DNA of 64,000 bases, taken from NCBI GenBank assembly GCA_051859045.1, contig JBHYGK010000007.1, positions 9,724 through 73,723 on the forward strand, given 5' to 3'. Origin of the DNA: Lysobacteraceae bacterium (lineage in GTDB: Bacteria; Pseudomonadota; Gammaproteobacteria; Xanthomonadales; Xanthomonadaceae). The notes beneath the pieces were generated by a model. It had not been told where the DNA came from, ran no database searches, and was given only the letters and a program-made list of their open reading frames with translations. Position numbers and translations under genes: made by a program. Of this stretch, positions 1 to 8,883 are shown in pieces. The first letter of the stretch is position 1. Each line of letters begins with the position of its first letter.

Positions 1-277
1 CGCCGTCGCCCACGGCCTGCCCTGGGAGGCCGGCCTGGCCGGCCTGACCTCGGTGCCGGCCGACGCGCTGGGCCTGGGCGACCGCCTCGGCCGCATCGAG
101 GTGGGCAAGGTCGCCGACCTGGTGCTGTGGACCGGCGATCCGCTCGAGCTCACCAGCGTGCCGTCGGCGGTGTGGATGGACGGCCGCGCCACCTCGCTGC
201 GCTCGCGCCAGACCGAGCTCCGCGACCGCTACCTGCGTCCCGCCGGGGCGATGCCCCGGGCCTACCCCGCGCGCTGA
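1..277 (+). CDS. amidohydrolase family protein, C-terminal fragment (5' end outside window)
   Basis: Frame is open from nt 2. Translation AVAHGLPWEAGLAGLTSVPADALGLGDRLGRIEVGKVADLVLWTGDPLEL... is the typical C-terminal segment of metal-dependent amidohydrolases (GxIxxGKxADLVL). Stop TGA at 275-277. Confidence 0.8.
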   Translation, partial: AVAHGLPWEAGLAGLTSVPADALGLGDRLGRIEVGKVADLVLWTGDPLELTSVPSAVWMDGRATSLRSRQTELRDRYLRPAGAMPRAYPAR

Positions 278-367
278 GCGCGACCCCGCGCGGCGGCGCC
301 CCCACCGTCGCCGCGCCCACCACCCCGCGCGCCCCCCGGGCGCGCGCCGACCGATGGGGAACACGCC

Positions 368-766
368 ATGCCCGACATCAACCTCTGGGCCGCCTTGGCG
401 GCGGCGGTCTCGGCCTTCGTCCTCGGTGGGGCGTGGTACTCGCCCGCGCTCTTCGGCAAGGCCTGGCAGCGCGAGGTGGGCCTCTCCGACGAGGCCCTCG
501 CGCAGGCCCCGATGGGACGGATCTTCGGCGGCGCGTTCGCGTTGAGCCTGCTCGCCGCGGTGGTGTTCGCGCTGTTCCTCGGCCCCGCGCCGGCGCTGCC
601 CTTCGCGCTCGGCGCCGGCGCGGCGGCCGGGTTCGGCTGGGTCGCGGCCTGCCTCGGCATCAACTACCTGTTCGCCCGCCGCAGCCTGCGCCTGTTCGCG
701 ATCGACGGCGGCTACCTGGGCCTCGTGTTCGTGCTTTTCGGCCTGGTCCTGGGCCTCTGGCACTGA
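368..766 (+). CDS. DUF1761-like small integral membrane protein
   Basis: 132 aa with about 4 hydrophobic helices. The N-terminus MPDINLWAALAAAVSAFVLGGAWYSPALFGKAW matches my recollection of the DUF1761 family. Confidence 0.65.
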   Translation: MPDINLWAALAAAVSAFVLGGAWYSPALFGKAWQREVGLSDEALAQAPMGRIFGGAFALSLLAAVVFALFLGPAPALPFALGAGAAAGFGWVAACLGINYLFARRSLRLFAIDGGYLGLVFVLFGLVLGLWH

Positions 767-860
767 GCCCGCGCCGCGCCGCGACGGAAAGCCCGAGCCC
801 CGGCGTGGAAGGGGTCCCGCGGCCGGCACCGGCGCGGCCACCCCCAACGAGGACTTCCCC

Positions 861-1298
861 ATGCGCTTCCGTACCCCCGCCGCGATCGCCGCGCTCGCCC
901 TGGCCGCCGCCATCGCCGTTCCCGCCCTGGCCCAGCAGGGCCCCGGCGGCGACCGCCCCGCGCTGCCCGCCAGCGTCTCGAGCCTGCAGGACCGCGTGCT
1001 CGCCACCAGCCTCGCCATCGACGGCGACAACGACGGCTTCGTGACCGTCGAGGAGATCCGCGCCCACCGCGAGGCCCAGCGGGCCCAGCGCGCCCAGGCC
1101 CGCCTGCTGCGCCTCGACGCCGATGGCGACGGCCGGGTCTCGGTGGCCGAGTTCGAGGCCCCGCGCCTGGCCCGGATCGCCGCGCTCGACGCCGACGGCG
1201 ACGGCGAGGTCACCCGCGAGGAGATGCGCGCCGCCCGCCACGAGCGCGGCGGCCGTCGCGGCGGCGGGCGTGGCGGCCGCCACGGCGGCGCCGAGTAA
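861..1298 (+). CDS. secreted EF-hand (calcium-binding type) protein
   Basis: Sec signal peptide MRFRTPAAIAALALAAAIAVPALAQQ. Three canonical EF-hand loops: DGDNDGFVTVEE, DADGDGRVSVAEF, DADGDGEVTREEM. Gly/Arg-rich C-terminal tail. Confidence 0.8.
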   Translation: MRFRTPAAIAALALAAAIAVPALAQQGPGGDRPALPASVSSLQDRVLATSLAIDGDNDGFVTVEEIRAHREAQRAQRAQARLLRLDADGDGRVSVAEFEAPRLARIAALDADGDGEVTREEMRAARHERGGRRGGGRGGRHGGAE

Positions 1299-1323
1299 GC
1301 CGCGGGTCCCGGTGGGCGCACCG

Positions 1324-1917
1324 ATGCCCGACGGCACCGGCCACGGCGACCCGCCGCGCGGCGGCCAGGGCCCCGACGGGAGCGATCCCGACGCGGCCCT
1401 GCTCGCCCGGCTGGCGCAGGGCGACGACGAGGCCGCGCGGCAGCTCGCCGCGCGCCACCTCGGACGCCTGCACGGGCTCGCCATGCGGATGCTCGGCGAT
1501 CGCGCCGAGGCCGAGGACGTGGTGCAGGACACCTTCATCAAGGCCTGGACGATCGCGCCGCGCTGGCGCGAGGGCCAGGCCCGCTTCTCGACCTGGCTGC
1601 ACCAGGTCACCAGCAACGGCTGCCTCGACCGGCTGCGCCGGCGCCGCCCCACCGAGGACATCGACGAGCGCGCCGATGCCTCGCCCGAGCCCGGGCCCGA
1701 GGCCACCCTGGCCAACGCCCAGCGCGGGGCCCAGGTGAAGGCCGCGCTCGACGCGCTGCCGCCGCGCCAGAAGACCGCCCTGCTGCTGTTCCACCACCAG
1801 GGCCTGAGCCAGGCCGAGGCGTCCGCCGCGATGGGCATCTCGGAAGACGCCCTCGAATCCCTGCTCGCCCGCGCACGCCGCACGCTGCGCACCCAGTTCC
1901 GCGGAGAGACCCCATGA
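1324..1917 (+). CDS. ECF-type RNA polymerase sigma-70 family factor
   Basis: Region 2 (DVVQDTFIKAW...STWLHQVTSNGCLDRLRRRR) and region 4 (LPPRQKTALLLFHHQGLSQAEASAAMGISEDALESLLARARRTL). Start chosen at ATG 1324, after the stop of the EF-hand gene. The track ORF start at 1123 overlaps that gene. Confidence 0.85.
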   Translation: MPDGTGHGDPPRGGQGPDGSDPDAALLARLAQGDDEAARQLAARHLGRLHGLAMRMLGDRAEAEDVVQDTFIKAWTIAPRWREGQARFSTWLHQVTSNGCLDRLRRRRPTEDIDERADASPEPGPEATLANAQRGAQVKAALDALPPRQKTALLLFHHQGLSQAEASAAMGISEDALESLLARARRTLRTQFRGETP

Positions 1918-2336
1918 CCATCCCGTCCAGCCCCGCCCGCGTGCACGCCCTGATCGAGGCCTACGGCGGCGACCCCGCGCGCTGGCCCGACGCCGAGCGC
2001 GCGGCGGGCCTCGCCGCCCTCGCGGCCGACCCCGCCCTGCGCGCCAGCGCCGAGGAGGCGCGCGCGCTGGACGCCTGGCTCGACGCCCTGCCCGCGCCGC
2101 CGCCGCCCGCGCCGGCGTTCGTGGCCGCCGTGCGCGAGCGCGCGCGGGCCCCGCGCGGCCTGCGCGCGCTGCTCGCCGAGCTCGCCGGCGGGCTGCTCGG
2201 CGGCTGGCGCGTCGCCGGCCCGGCGCTCGCCATGAGCCTCGCGCTGGGCATCGCGCTGGGCAGCACGCTGCTGCCGCCCGATGATGCCGCCCTGCTCGAG
2301 CTGGCCCACCTCGACGATGCCTATTCGGAGTACTGA
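1914..2336 (+). CDS. putative single-pass anti-sigma factor
   Basis: ATGA overlap with the sigma gene stop gives translational coupling. 140 aa with one TM helix (WRVAGPALAMSLALGIALGSTLL) near the C-terminus. No HxxxCxxC zinc motif. The call rests on position and topology only. Confidence 0.5.
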   Translation: MTIPSSPARVHALIEAYGGDPARWPDAERAAGLAALAADPALRASAEEARALDAWLDALPAPPPPAPAFVAAVRERARAPRGLRALLAELAGGLLGGWRVAGPALAMSLALGIALGSTLLPPDDAALLELAHLDDAYSEY

Positions 2337-2337
2337 G

Positions 2338-3099
2338 ATGACCACCCTCCCCCGCCGCTGGCGGATCGCGATCGCCGGGTCGCTGCTGCTCAACGTGCTG
2401 GTGATCGCGGCCCTCGCGACGCTGGCGCTGCGGCACGGCCGCGACGGCGCCGACGGCGCGACGATGGCCGCCGGCCTGCCCTCGCCGCGGGCGATGCAGC
2501 GCGTGCTGCAGCCGCACGAGCGGGCGGCGATGGCCGAGGTGTTCGGCCCGCGCCGGCGCGCGATCGGGCTGGGCCTGGTCGAACTGGGCGAGGCCCGCGC
2601 CGCCGTGCGCGACGCGCTGCTGGCCGAGCCCTTCGATCCCGCCGCGCTGGAGGAGGCGTTCGGCGTGCTGCGCGCGCAGGACGCCACCCTCGCCGGGGAC
2701 GTCCACGCCGGCCTCGCCGAGCTGGCCGCGCGCCTCGACGCCGACGGCCGCCGGCGCCTGGCCGAGGGCCTGCGCCCGCCGCGCGGCCGCGAGCCGGGCC
2801 GCGGCGACGGCGAGCGTCGCCACGACGGGCGCCACCACGAGGCGCGCGCCGACGACGGCCGCGGCGATGGCCCCCGCGGCGATGGCGCACGCGGCGACGA
2901 CGCACGCGACGAGGCGCCGCCGCCGGCGGAGCGCGCCGAGCGCCGCGAGGCCATGCGCGAGGCCATGCGCGAGCGGATCGCCGAGCGCATGGCGGAGCGC
3001 CGCGCCGAGCGCCGCGCGCGGCTCGAGGACGCCGCCGCCGACGGGGACGCGGCCGAAGGCGCCGCCGAGGACGCCGCGAGCACGCCGCCGGCCGAGTGA
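2338..3099 (+). CDS. membrane-anchored periplasmic sensor-like protein (CpxP/Spy/CnrX 'periplasmic heavy metal sensor' type) with a highly charged tail
   Basis: ATG lies 1 nt after the previous stop. N-terminal TM (WRIAIAGSLLLNVLVIAALATLAL), then an approx. 110-aa helical domain resembling periplasmic heavy metal sensor/CpxP-like proteins. From aa 146 there is an R/D/G/E-rich low-complexity tail. Confidence 0.5.
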   Translation: MTTLPRRWRIAIAGSLLLNVLVIAALATLALRHGRDGADGATMAAGLPSPRAMQRVLQPHERAAMAEVFGPRRRAIGLGLVELGEARAAVRDALLAEPFDPAALEEAFGVLRAQDATLAGDVHAGLAELAARLDADGRRRLAEGLRPPRGREPGRGDGERRHDGRHHEARADDGRGDGPRGDGARGDDARDEAPPPAERAERREAMREAMRERIAERMAERRAERRARLEDAAADGDAAEGAAEDAASTPPAE

Positions 3100-3166
3100 G
3101 CGACGCCGCATGACCGCGGGCGCCGCATGACCTAGCATCGGGGGATCCGCCTGGAGATCCCGTCCG

Positions 3167-6100
3167 ATGCCCGTGTCCGCCGTGTCCCCGCTCCGCCTGG
3201 TCGCCCGCCCCCTCGCCGTCGCGCTCGCCGCCACCCTCGCCGCCGGCGCCGCCGCGCCCGCCGCGCGCGCCGCCGACGCCCCCGCCTGGAACGTCGACAC
3301 CAGCCTGCCGGCCGCGCAGACGGTGCGCTTCGAGACCAGCGAGGGCACCTGGCTCGACCTCGACGTCAGCCCCGACGGCCGCATCATCGCCTTCTCGATG
3401 CTCGGCGACCTCTACCTGCTGCCGGTCGCGGGCGGCGAGGCGCGCCGGATCACCACCGGCATGGCCTGGGACGTGCAGCCGCGCTTCTCGCCCGACGGCC
3501 GAGAGCTGGCCTTCACCTCCGACCGCGGCGGCGGCAACAACCTCTGGCGCATGCCGGTGGACGGCGGCGAGGCCACCCAGGTCACGCGCGAGACCTACCG
3601 CCTGCTCAACAACCCGGCGTGGACGCCGGACGGCCAGTTCCTGGTGGGCCGCAAGCACTTCACCTCGCAGCGCTCGCTGGGCGCGGGCGAGCTGTGGATG
3701 TACCACCGCAACGGCGGCGCCGGCCTGCAGCTCACCACCCGCGACAACGACCAGCAGGACCTCGGCGAGCCGGCGGTGAGCGCCGACGGGCGCTGGATCT
3801 ACTTCTCGCGCGACGTCACCGCGGGCCCCAGCTTCGAATACAACAAGAACCCGCACGAGGGCATCTACGCGATCCAGCGCCTCGACCGCGAGACCGGCGA
3901 GATCCAGACCGTCGTGGAGACCGCCGGCGGCGCCGTGCGCCCGCAGCCCTCGCCCGACGGCCGCTCGCTGGCCTTCGTCCGGCGCGTGCGCGAGAAGTCC
4001 GTGCTGCACGTGGTCGACCTGGCCTCGGGCGAGCTGACCGCGGTGTGGGACGGCCTCAGCCACGACCAGCAGGAGGCCTGGGCCATCTTCGGCCCCTACG
4101 CCAACTTCCAGTGGCTGCCCGACGCCAGCGCCGTGGTGATCTGGGCCCAGGGCAAGCTCTGGCGCGTGCCGATGCCCGGCGTGGACGGCAGCGTCGCCGG
4201 CGCGCCGACCGAGATCCCCTTCACCGCCCAGGTCGAGCAGCGCCTCGCGCGCCCGCTGCGCTTCGAGCAGACCCTGCCCGACGCCCGCTTCCAGGCCCGG
4301 ATGATCCGCGACGTGGCCACCAGCCCCGACGGCGCCACCGTCGTCTTCCACGCGCTGGGCCAGCTCTGGCGCCAGCCCGCGGGCGGCGGCCGCGCCGAGC
4401 GGCTCACCGCGTCCAGCGGCGTGTTCGAGTACCAGCCCAGCTTCAGCGCCGACGGCAGCAAGCTGCTCTACACCACCTGGTCCGACGCCGAGCAGGGCCG
4501 CGTGGTCGAGCGCGTGCTGGCCACCGGCGTCGAGCGCGTGCTGAGCACGCAGCCCGGCTTCTACTACGGCCCGCGCTACTCGCGCGACGGCGCGATGGTG
4601 GCCTGGAGCCGGCAGTCGGGCAGCTCGCTCACCGGCAACCTCAACGGCGGCGAAGGCGGCATCTACGTCGTGCCCGCGGCCGGCGGCGAGCCCCGGCGCG
4701 TGGTCGCGCGCGGCGGCGACCCGCAGTTCAGCGCCGACGGCACCCGCCTGTACTACCTCACCGGCGGCGGCCTGCAGAAGACGCTGATGAGCGTCGGCCT
4801 GCACGGCGAGGAGCCGCGCGAGGTGTTCAACCTCAAGTACGTCGACTTCGTCAGCATCAGCCCCGACGGCGAGCATGTCGCCTTCACCGAGCTGTTCAAC
4901 GCCTACGTCGCGCCGATGCCGCGCACCGGCGGCAGCATCGAGCTCTCGGCCTCCACCACCGCGATCCCGGTGCGGCGCCTGTCCACGGACGCCGGCAGCT
5001 ACCTGCACTGGTCGGGCGACGCGCTGCACTGGACGATCGGCAACGCCTACCACTCGGCCACGCTGCCGGCCGACTTCCGCGCCTCCACCGACCGCCCCGA
5101 GCGCGCCGCGCGCCCGGTCACGCTGGCCGTCGAGGCGCCGGTGTACCGGCCCGAGGGCGTGGTGGCCTTCACCAACGCCCGCATCATCACGATGCGCGGC
5201 GCGCGCGAGGGCCGCGAGGAGGTGATCGAGGGCGGCACCCTCGTGGTCGAGGGCGACCGCATCCGCGCCGTCGGCCCGGCCGACGCGGTGCAGGTGCCGG
5301 CCGGCGCGCGCGTCATCGACGCCAGCGGCAAGACGATCATCCCCGGCCTCGTCGACGCCCACGCCCACGCCAACCACTTCACCACCGGCGTGGTGCCGCA
5401 GCTCAACTGGGCCTACTACGCCAACCTGGCCTTCGGCGTCACCACGATGCACGACCCCTCGGCCACCACCGAGACCGTGTTCTCGCAGGCCGAGCTGCAG
5501 CAGGCCGGCGAACTGGTGGGCCCGCGCGTGTTCTCCACCGGCACCATCCTCTACGGCGCCGACGGCGACTTCCGCGCCAACGTCGACTCGCTCGACGACG
5601 CCCGCGCCCACCTGCGCCGCATGCAGGCCCAGGGCGCGTTCAGCGTGAAGAGCTACAACCAGCCGCGCCGCGACCAGCGCCAGCAGATCAACACCGCCGC
5701 GCGCGAGCTCGGCATGCTGGTGGTCGAGGAGGGCGGCAGCACCTTCCAGCACAACCTCACGATGATCGTCGACGGCGCCACCGGCGTGGAGCACAACCTC
5801 CCGGTGGCCCCGCTCTACCGCGACGTCATCGAGATGTGGCGCGCCACCGACGTGCGCAACACGCCCACCCTGGTGGTGAGCTACGGCGGCCTGAGCGGCG
5901 AGTACTGGTGGTACGCGCGCGACAACGTGTGGGAGGAGCCGCGCCTGAACCGCTTCTTCCCGCGCGAGACCCTGGACGCCCGGAGCATCCGCCGCGAGAC
6001 CGCGCCCGACTGGGACTACTGGCACGTCACCGTGTCCGAGACCGCCAAGGCCCTGCGCGACGCCGGCATCGGCATCCAGGTCGGCGGCCACGGCCAGATG

Positions 6101-6493
6101 CAGGGCCTGGCCCCGCACTGGGAGACGTGGATGCTGGTGCAGGGCGGCTTCAGCGAGTTCGAGGCGCTGCGCGCGGCCACCCTCGACGGCGCCGACTACC
6201 TGGGCCTGGCCCGCCAGCTGGGCTCGCTGGAGGCCGGCAAGCGCGCCGACCTGGTGGTGCTCGAGAACAACCCGCTCGAGGACATCCGCCACAGCGACGA
6301 CACCGCGATGGTGATGGTCAACGGCCGGCTGTTCGACGTCGGCGCCGACATGGCCGAGATCGGCGGCCGCGAGGCCCCGGCGCCGGAGTTCTACTGGCAG
6401 CGCCACGGCGAGGGCCGCAGCTTCGGCATCGAGTTCGGTCCCACCGCGCCCTGCCACTGCCCGAAGTCGGGCGAGGCCGGCCATCGGCACTGA
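3167..6493 (+). CDS. secreted TolB-like beta-propeller / amidohydrolase fusion protein
   Basis: 1108 aa with a signal peptide ending AARAADAP. Repeated SPDG/SADG propeller motifs in the N-terminal approx. 650 aa (PRFSPDGRELAFTSDR, QPSPDGRSLAFV, SFSADGSKLLYT, ISPDGEHVAF). C-terminal amidohydrolase fold (IIPGLVDAHAHANH...GKRADLVVLENNPLEDI). Confidence 0.85.
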   Translation: MPVSAVSPLRLVARPLAVALAATLAAGAAAPAARAADAPAWNVDTSLPAAQTVRFETSEGTWLDLDVSPDGRIIAFSMLGDLYLLPVAGGEARRITTGMAWDVQPRFSPDGRELAFTSDRGGGNNLWRMPVDGGEATQVTRETYRLLNNPAWTPDGQFLVGRKHFTSQRSLGAGELWMYHRNGGAGLQLTTRDNDQQDLGEPAVSADGRWIYFSRDVTAGPSFEYNKNPHEGIYAIQRLDRETGEIQTVVETAGGAVRPQPSPDGRSLAFVRRVREKSVLHVVDLASGELTAVWDGLSHDQQEAWAIFGPYANFQWLPDASAVVIWAQGKLWRVPMPGVDGSVAGAPTEIPFTAQVEQRLARPLRFEQTLPDARFQARMIRDVATSPDGATVVFHALGQLWRQPAGGGRAERLTASSGVFEYQPSFSADGSKLLYTTWSDAEQGRVVERVLATGVERVLSTQPGFYYGPRYSRDGAMVAWSRQSGSSLTGNLNGGEGGIYVVPAAGGEPRRVVARGGDPQFSADGTRLYYLTGGGLQKTLMSVGLHGEEPREVFNLKYVDFVSISPDGEHVAFTELFNAYVAPMPRTGGSIELSASTTAIPVRRLSTDAGSYLHWSGDALHWTIGNAYHSATLPADFRASTDRPERAARPVTLAVEAPVYRPEGVVAFTNARIITMRGAREGREEVIEGGTLVVEGDRIRAVGPADAVQVPAGARVIDASGKTIIPGLVDAHAHANHFTTGVVPQLNWAYYANLAFGVTTMHDPSATTETVFSQAELQQAGELVGPRVFSTGTILYGADGDFRANVDSLDDARAHLRRMQAQGAFSVKSYNQPRRDQRQQINTAARELGMLVVEEGGSTFQHNLTMIVDGATGVEHNLPVAPLYRDVIEMWRATDVRNTPTLVVSYGGLSGEYWWYARDNVWEEPRLNRFFPRETLDARSIRRETAPDWDYWHVTVSETAKALRDAGIGIQVGGHGQMQGLAPHWETWMLVQGGFSEFEALRAATLDGADYLGLARQLGSLEAGKRADLVVLENNPLEDIRHSDDTAMVMVNGRLFDVGADMAEIGGREAPAPEFYWQRHGEGRSFGIEFGPTAPCHCPKSGEAGHRH

Positions 6494-6502
6494 GGCCATG
6501 CC

Positions 6503-7717
6503 ATGAGCCCGCGCGAGCGCGTGCGCGACGCACGCGCCCTCGCGCGGCTGGCGGTGGACGCCGTGCACGGCGCCACCGACCTGGTGGAGGCCCTGCACGG
6601 CACGATCACCGCGCTGGCCCCGCCGCTCGGCGGCGCCGGCGACGCCCCGCCGCCGCGCACCCGCGGGATCGCCCGGCTGGTGTACCGCAGCGTGCGCGGG
6701 ATCACCCGCGCGGTCGGCGCCGGGCTCGACGCGACGCTGCATCCGATCGAGCGCCTGCTGGCGGCGTCCGCGCCGGACGGCGCGCCGCGCTCACCGCGCC
6801 GCGAGGCGCTGGTGGCGGCGCTCAACGGCGTGCTGGGCGACCACCTCGCCGCCTCGGGCAATCCGCTCGCGCTGCCGATGCGCCTGCACCGCCCGCGGCC
6901 CGACGCGGTCGGCCCCGACCTGCTGGTGCTGGTGCACGGCCTGTGCATGGACGACCTGGGCTGGCGCCGCGACGGGCGCGACCACGGCGAGGGCCTGGCC
7001 GACGCGCTGGGGCTGGTGCCGCTGTACCTGCACTACAACACCGGGCTGCCGATCGCCGCCAACGGACGCGCGCTGGCCGAGACGCTCGAGGCCCTGGTCG
7101 CGGGCTGGCCGGTGGAGGTGCGCTCGCTGCGCCTGCTCGGGCACTCGATGGGCGGGCTGGTGATCCGCGGCGCGCTGGCGGCCGGCGCCGACGCCGGCCA
7201 CGCCTGGCCCGCACGGGTGGCGGCGATCGCCTGCCTCGGCACGCCGCACCTGGGCGCGCCGCTGGAGCGGGCCGGGCGCTGGGTGGACCGGATGCTCGCC
7301 GCCAGCCCCTACACCGCGCCCTTCGCGCGGCTGGGCCTGGTGCGCAGCCGCGGCGTGCAGGACCTGCGCCACGGCCACGTGCTGGACCACGATGACGCCG
7401 CCGCCGACGCGCCGCCCCCGCAGGTGCCGCTGCCGCGCGGGCTGCGCTGCTACCTGCTGGCGGGCACCACGCGCGGGGACGACAGCCGCGCGGCCACCGC
7501 CGCGCATCGCGACGGCGCCCGCCTGCCGGGCGACGGCCTGGTGCCGGTGGCGTCCGCGCTGGGCGAGCACCCTGACCCGACCCGCGCGCTGCGGGTGCCG
7601 GCCGCGCGCAAGGCGGTGCTGGCCGGGCACGACCACTTCGACCTGCTGGGCAGCGCCGAGGCCTTCGACCGGCTGCGCCGGTGGTTCGCGCCTCCGCGGC
7701 CGCGCGCGCGGCGCTGA
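6503..7717 (+). CDS. alpha/beta hydrolase (esterase/lipase-like, PGAP1-like)
   Basis: 404 aa with nucleophile elbow GHSMGG (LLGHSMGGLVIRGAL) and overall alpha/beta-fold spacing. Starts 10 nt after the preceding gene. Confidence 0.7.
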   Translation: MSPRERVRDARALARLAVDAVHGATDLVEALHGTITALAPPLGGAGDAPPPRTRGIARLVYRSVRGITRAVGAGLDATLHPIERLLAASAPDGAPRSPRREALVAALNGVLGDHLAASGNPLALPMRLHRPRPDAVGPDLLVLVHGLCMDDLGWRRDGRDHGEGLADALGLVPLYLHYNTGLPIAANGRALAETLEALVAGWPVEVRSLRLLGHSMGGLVIRGALAAGADAGHAWPARVAAIACLGTPHLGAPLERAGRWVDRMLAASPYTAPFARLGLVRSRGVQDLRHGHVLDHDDAAADAPPPQVPLPRGLRCYLLAGTTRGDDSRAATAAHRDGARLPGDGLVPVASALGEHPDPTRALRVPAARKAVLAGHDHFDLLGSAEAFDRLRRWFAPPRPRARR

Positions 7718-7720
7718 GGC

Positions 7721-8797
7721 TCAGTCGCCGGGCGCGACGCCGCCGCCGGCGGCGTCCATCGCGACCCCACCCGGCAGCCCGTCGAGGAACGCGCGCAGCG
7801 GCGCCAGCGTGGCCTGCGGGTCCTCCTCGTGCGGCACGTGGCCGAGGGCGTCGAACACCACGTAGGTGCTGCCGGCGATCGCGGCGTGGAAGCGCTCGCC
7901 GAGGACGGGCGGGATCAGGCGGTCGCGGCCGCCCCACAGGATCAGCGTGGGCTGGGTGATCGCGGACGCCGGCGCGTCGCTGGCCGCGCGCCCGGGCGCG
8001 CCGAAGCGCGCCATCAGCGCGGCGCGGTTGCCCTCGCGGGTGGCGAGGTCGAAATAGCGGTCCACGAGCGCCGGCGTCACCCGCGACGGGTCGCCGTAGA
8101 CGTTGCGCAGGCTGGAGGCGATCACCTCGCGCGGCAGCACGCGCTGCAGCAGCGGCGCGGCCCAGCGCTGGCGCGCGAGCTGGAAGCCGATCGGCACCGA
8201 GCGCCCGGGCGCGGGCGCGGCGCCCGCGGCCGGCCCCGGGGGCGCGGCGGCCGGCGCGGCGGGCGGCGGGGCCCCCGCGCTGTCCACCAGCACCAGCGCG
8301 ACCACCCGGTCGGGATGCGCCAGCGCGGCCTGCCAGGCGATGGCGCCGCCGTAGGAATTGCCGCCCAGCACCACCTGCTCCACGCCGAGGTGGTCGAGCA
8401 CCGCCACCAGCACCTCGACCTGGCGGTGCATCGAGTAGTCGTGCGCGGGGTCGGGCCCGGTGAGCCCGAAGCCCGGCAGGTCGTAGCGGATCACCCGGCG
8501 GCCGCCGACGAGCGCGTCGGTCCAGCCCTGCCAGGTGTGCAGGGAGTCGCCGGTGCCGTGCAGCAGCACCAGCGGCGGCAGGCCGGCGTCGCCGTCGCGC
8601 GGCCCCTCGTCGCGCAGGTGCACGTGCATCCCGGCGATCGGCTCGAAGCGCGAGGGCGGCGCGCCCCAGCGCGGCGCCAGCTCGGCCACCGGCCGGTCCG
8701 GCGCCCAGTGCCACGCGATGAACCCGCCCGCGCCCACCACCCCCAGCGCGAGCACCGCCGCCGCCGATCGCCACAGCCACCGCCAGATCCTGCGCAT
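7721..8797 (-). CDS. alpha/beta fold hydrolase
   Basis: Start at ATG 8797 ([21 protein letters not shown], membrane anchor or signal). HGTGDS oxyanion region, nucleophile motif GNSYGG, C-terminal GHVPHEE catalytic His context. The upstream part of the track ORF is Arg-rich junk. Confidence 0.8.
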   Translation of the reverse strand: MRRIWRWLWRSAAAVLALGVVGAGGFIAWHWAPDRPVAELAPRWGAPPSRFEPIAGMHVHLRDEGPRDGDAGLPPLVLLHGTGDSLHTWQGWTDALVGGRRVIRYDLPGFGLTGPDPAHDYSMHRQVEVLVAVLDHLGVEQVVLGGNSYGGAIAWQAALAHPDRVVALVLVDSAGAPPPAAPAAAPPGPAAGAAPAPGRSVPIGFQLARQRWAAPLLQRVLPREVIASSLRNVYGDPSRVTPALVDRYFDLATREGNRAALMARFGAPGRAASDAPASAITQPTLILWGGRDRLIPPVLGERFHAAIAGSTYVVFDALGHVPHEEDPQATLAPLRAFLDGLPGGVAMDAAGGGVAPGD

Positions 8798-8883
8798 CCG
8801 CCCGCCCCTCCGACACGATCCCCGCAGCCTAGCGCAGCGCGGCGGCCGGGGCCGCGGCTCCGGCCCCGGTCGCGCCCGCGGGC

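Noticed and set aside
2773-3096. Multiple RGD tripeptides in the sensor tail as integrin-type adhesion motifs.
   Set aside because: In an Arg/Gly/Asp-rich low-complexity tail, RGD is expected by composition alone, and there is no host-interaction context.
2390-6742. Very long ORFs in alternative or antisense frames. Examples: 2390-6742(-), 660-3128(-), 3619-7395(+), 16001-19723(-), 16732-19947(+), 27790-31863(-), 31491-34298(-) upstream part, 59880-63866(+).
   Set aside because: Their translations are monotonous Arg/Ala/Gly/Pro strings without motifs, and they overlap genes with clear family signatures. This is the expected stop-codon-poor shadow-frame artefact of a >70% GC genome.
7715-7723. 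Two alpha/beta hydrolase genes converging with only 3 nt between their stop codons.
   Set aside because: Tight convergent packing is common in this window (also at 16566/16576 and 24608/24619). The two proteins are not obviously paralogous.
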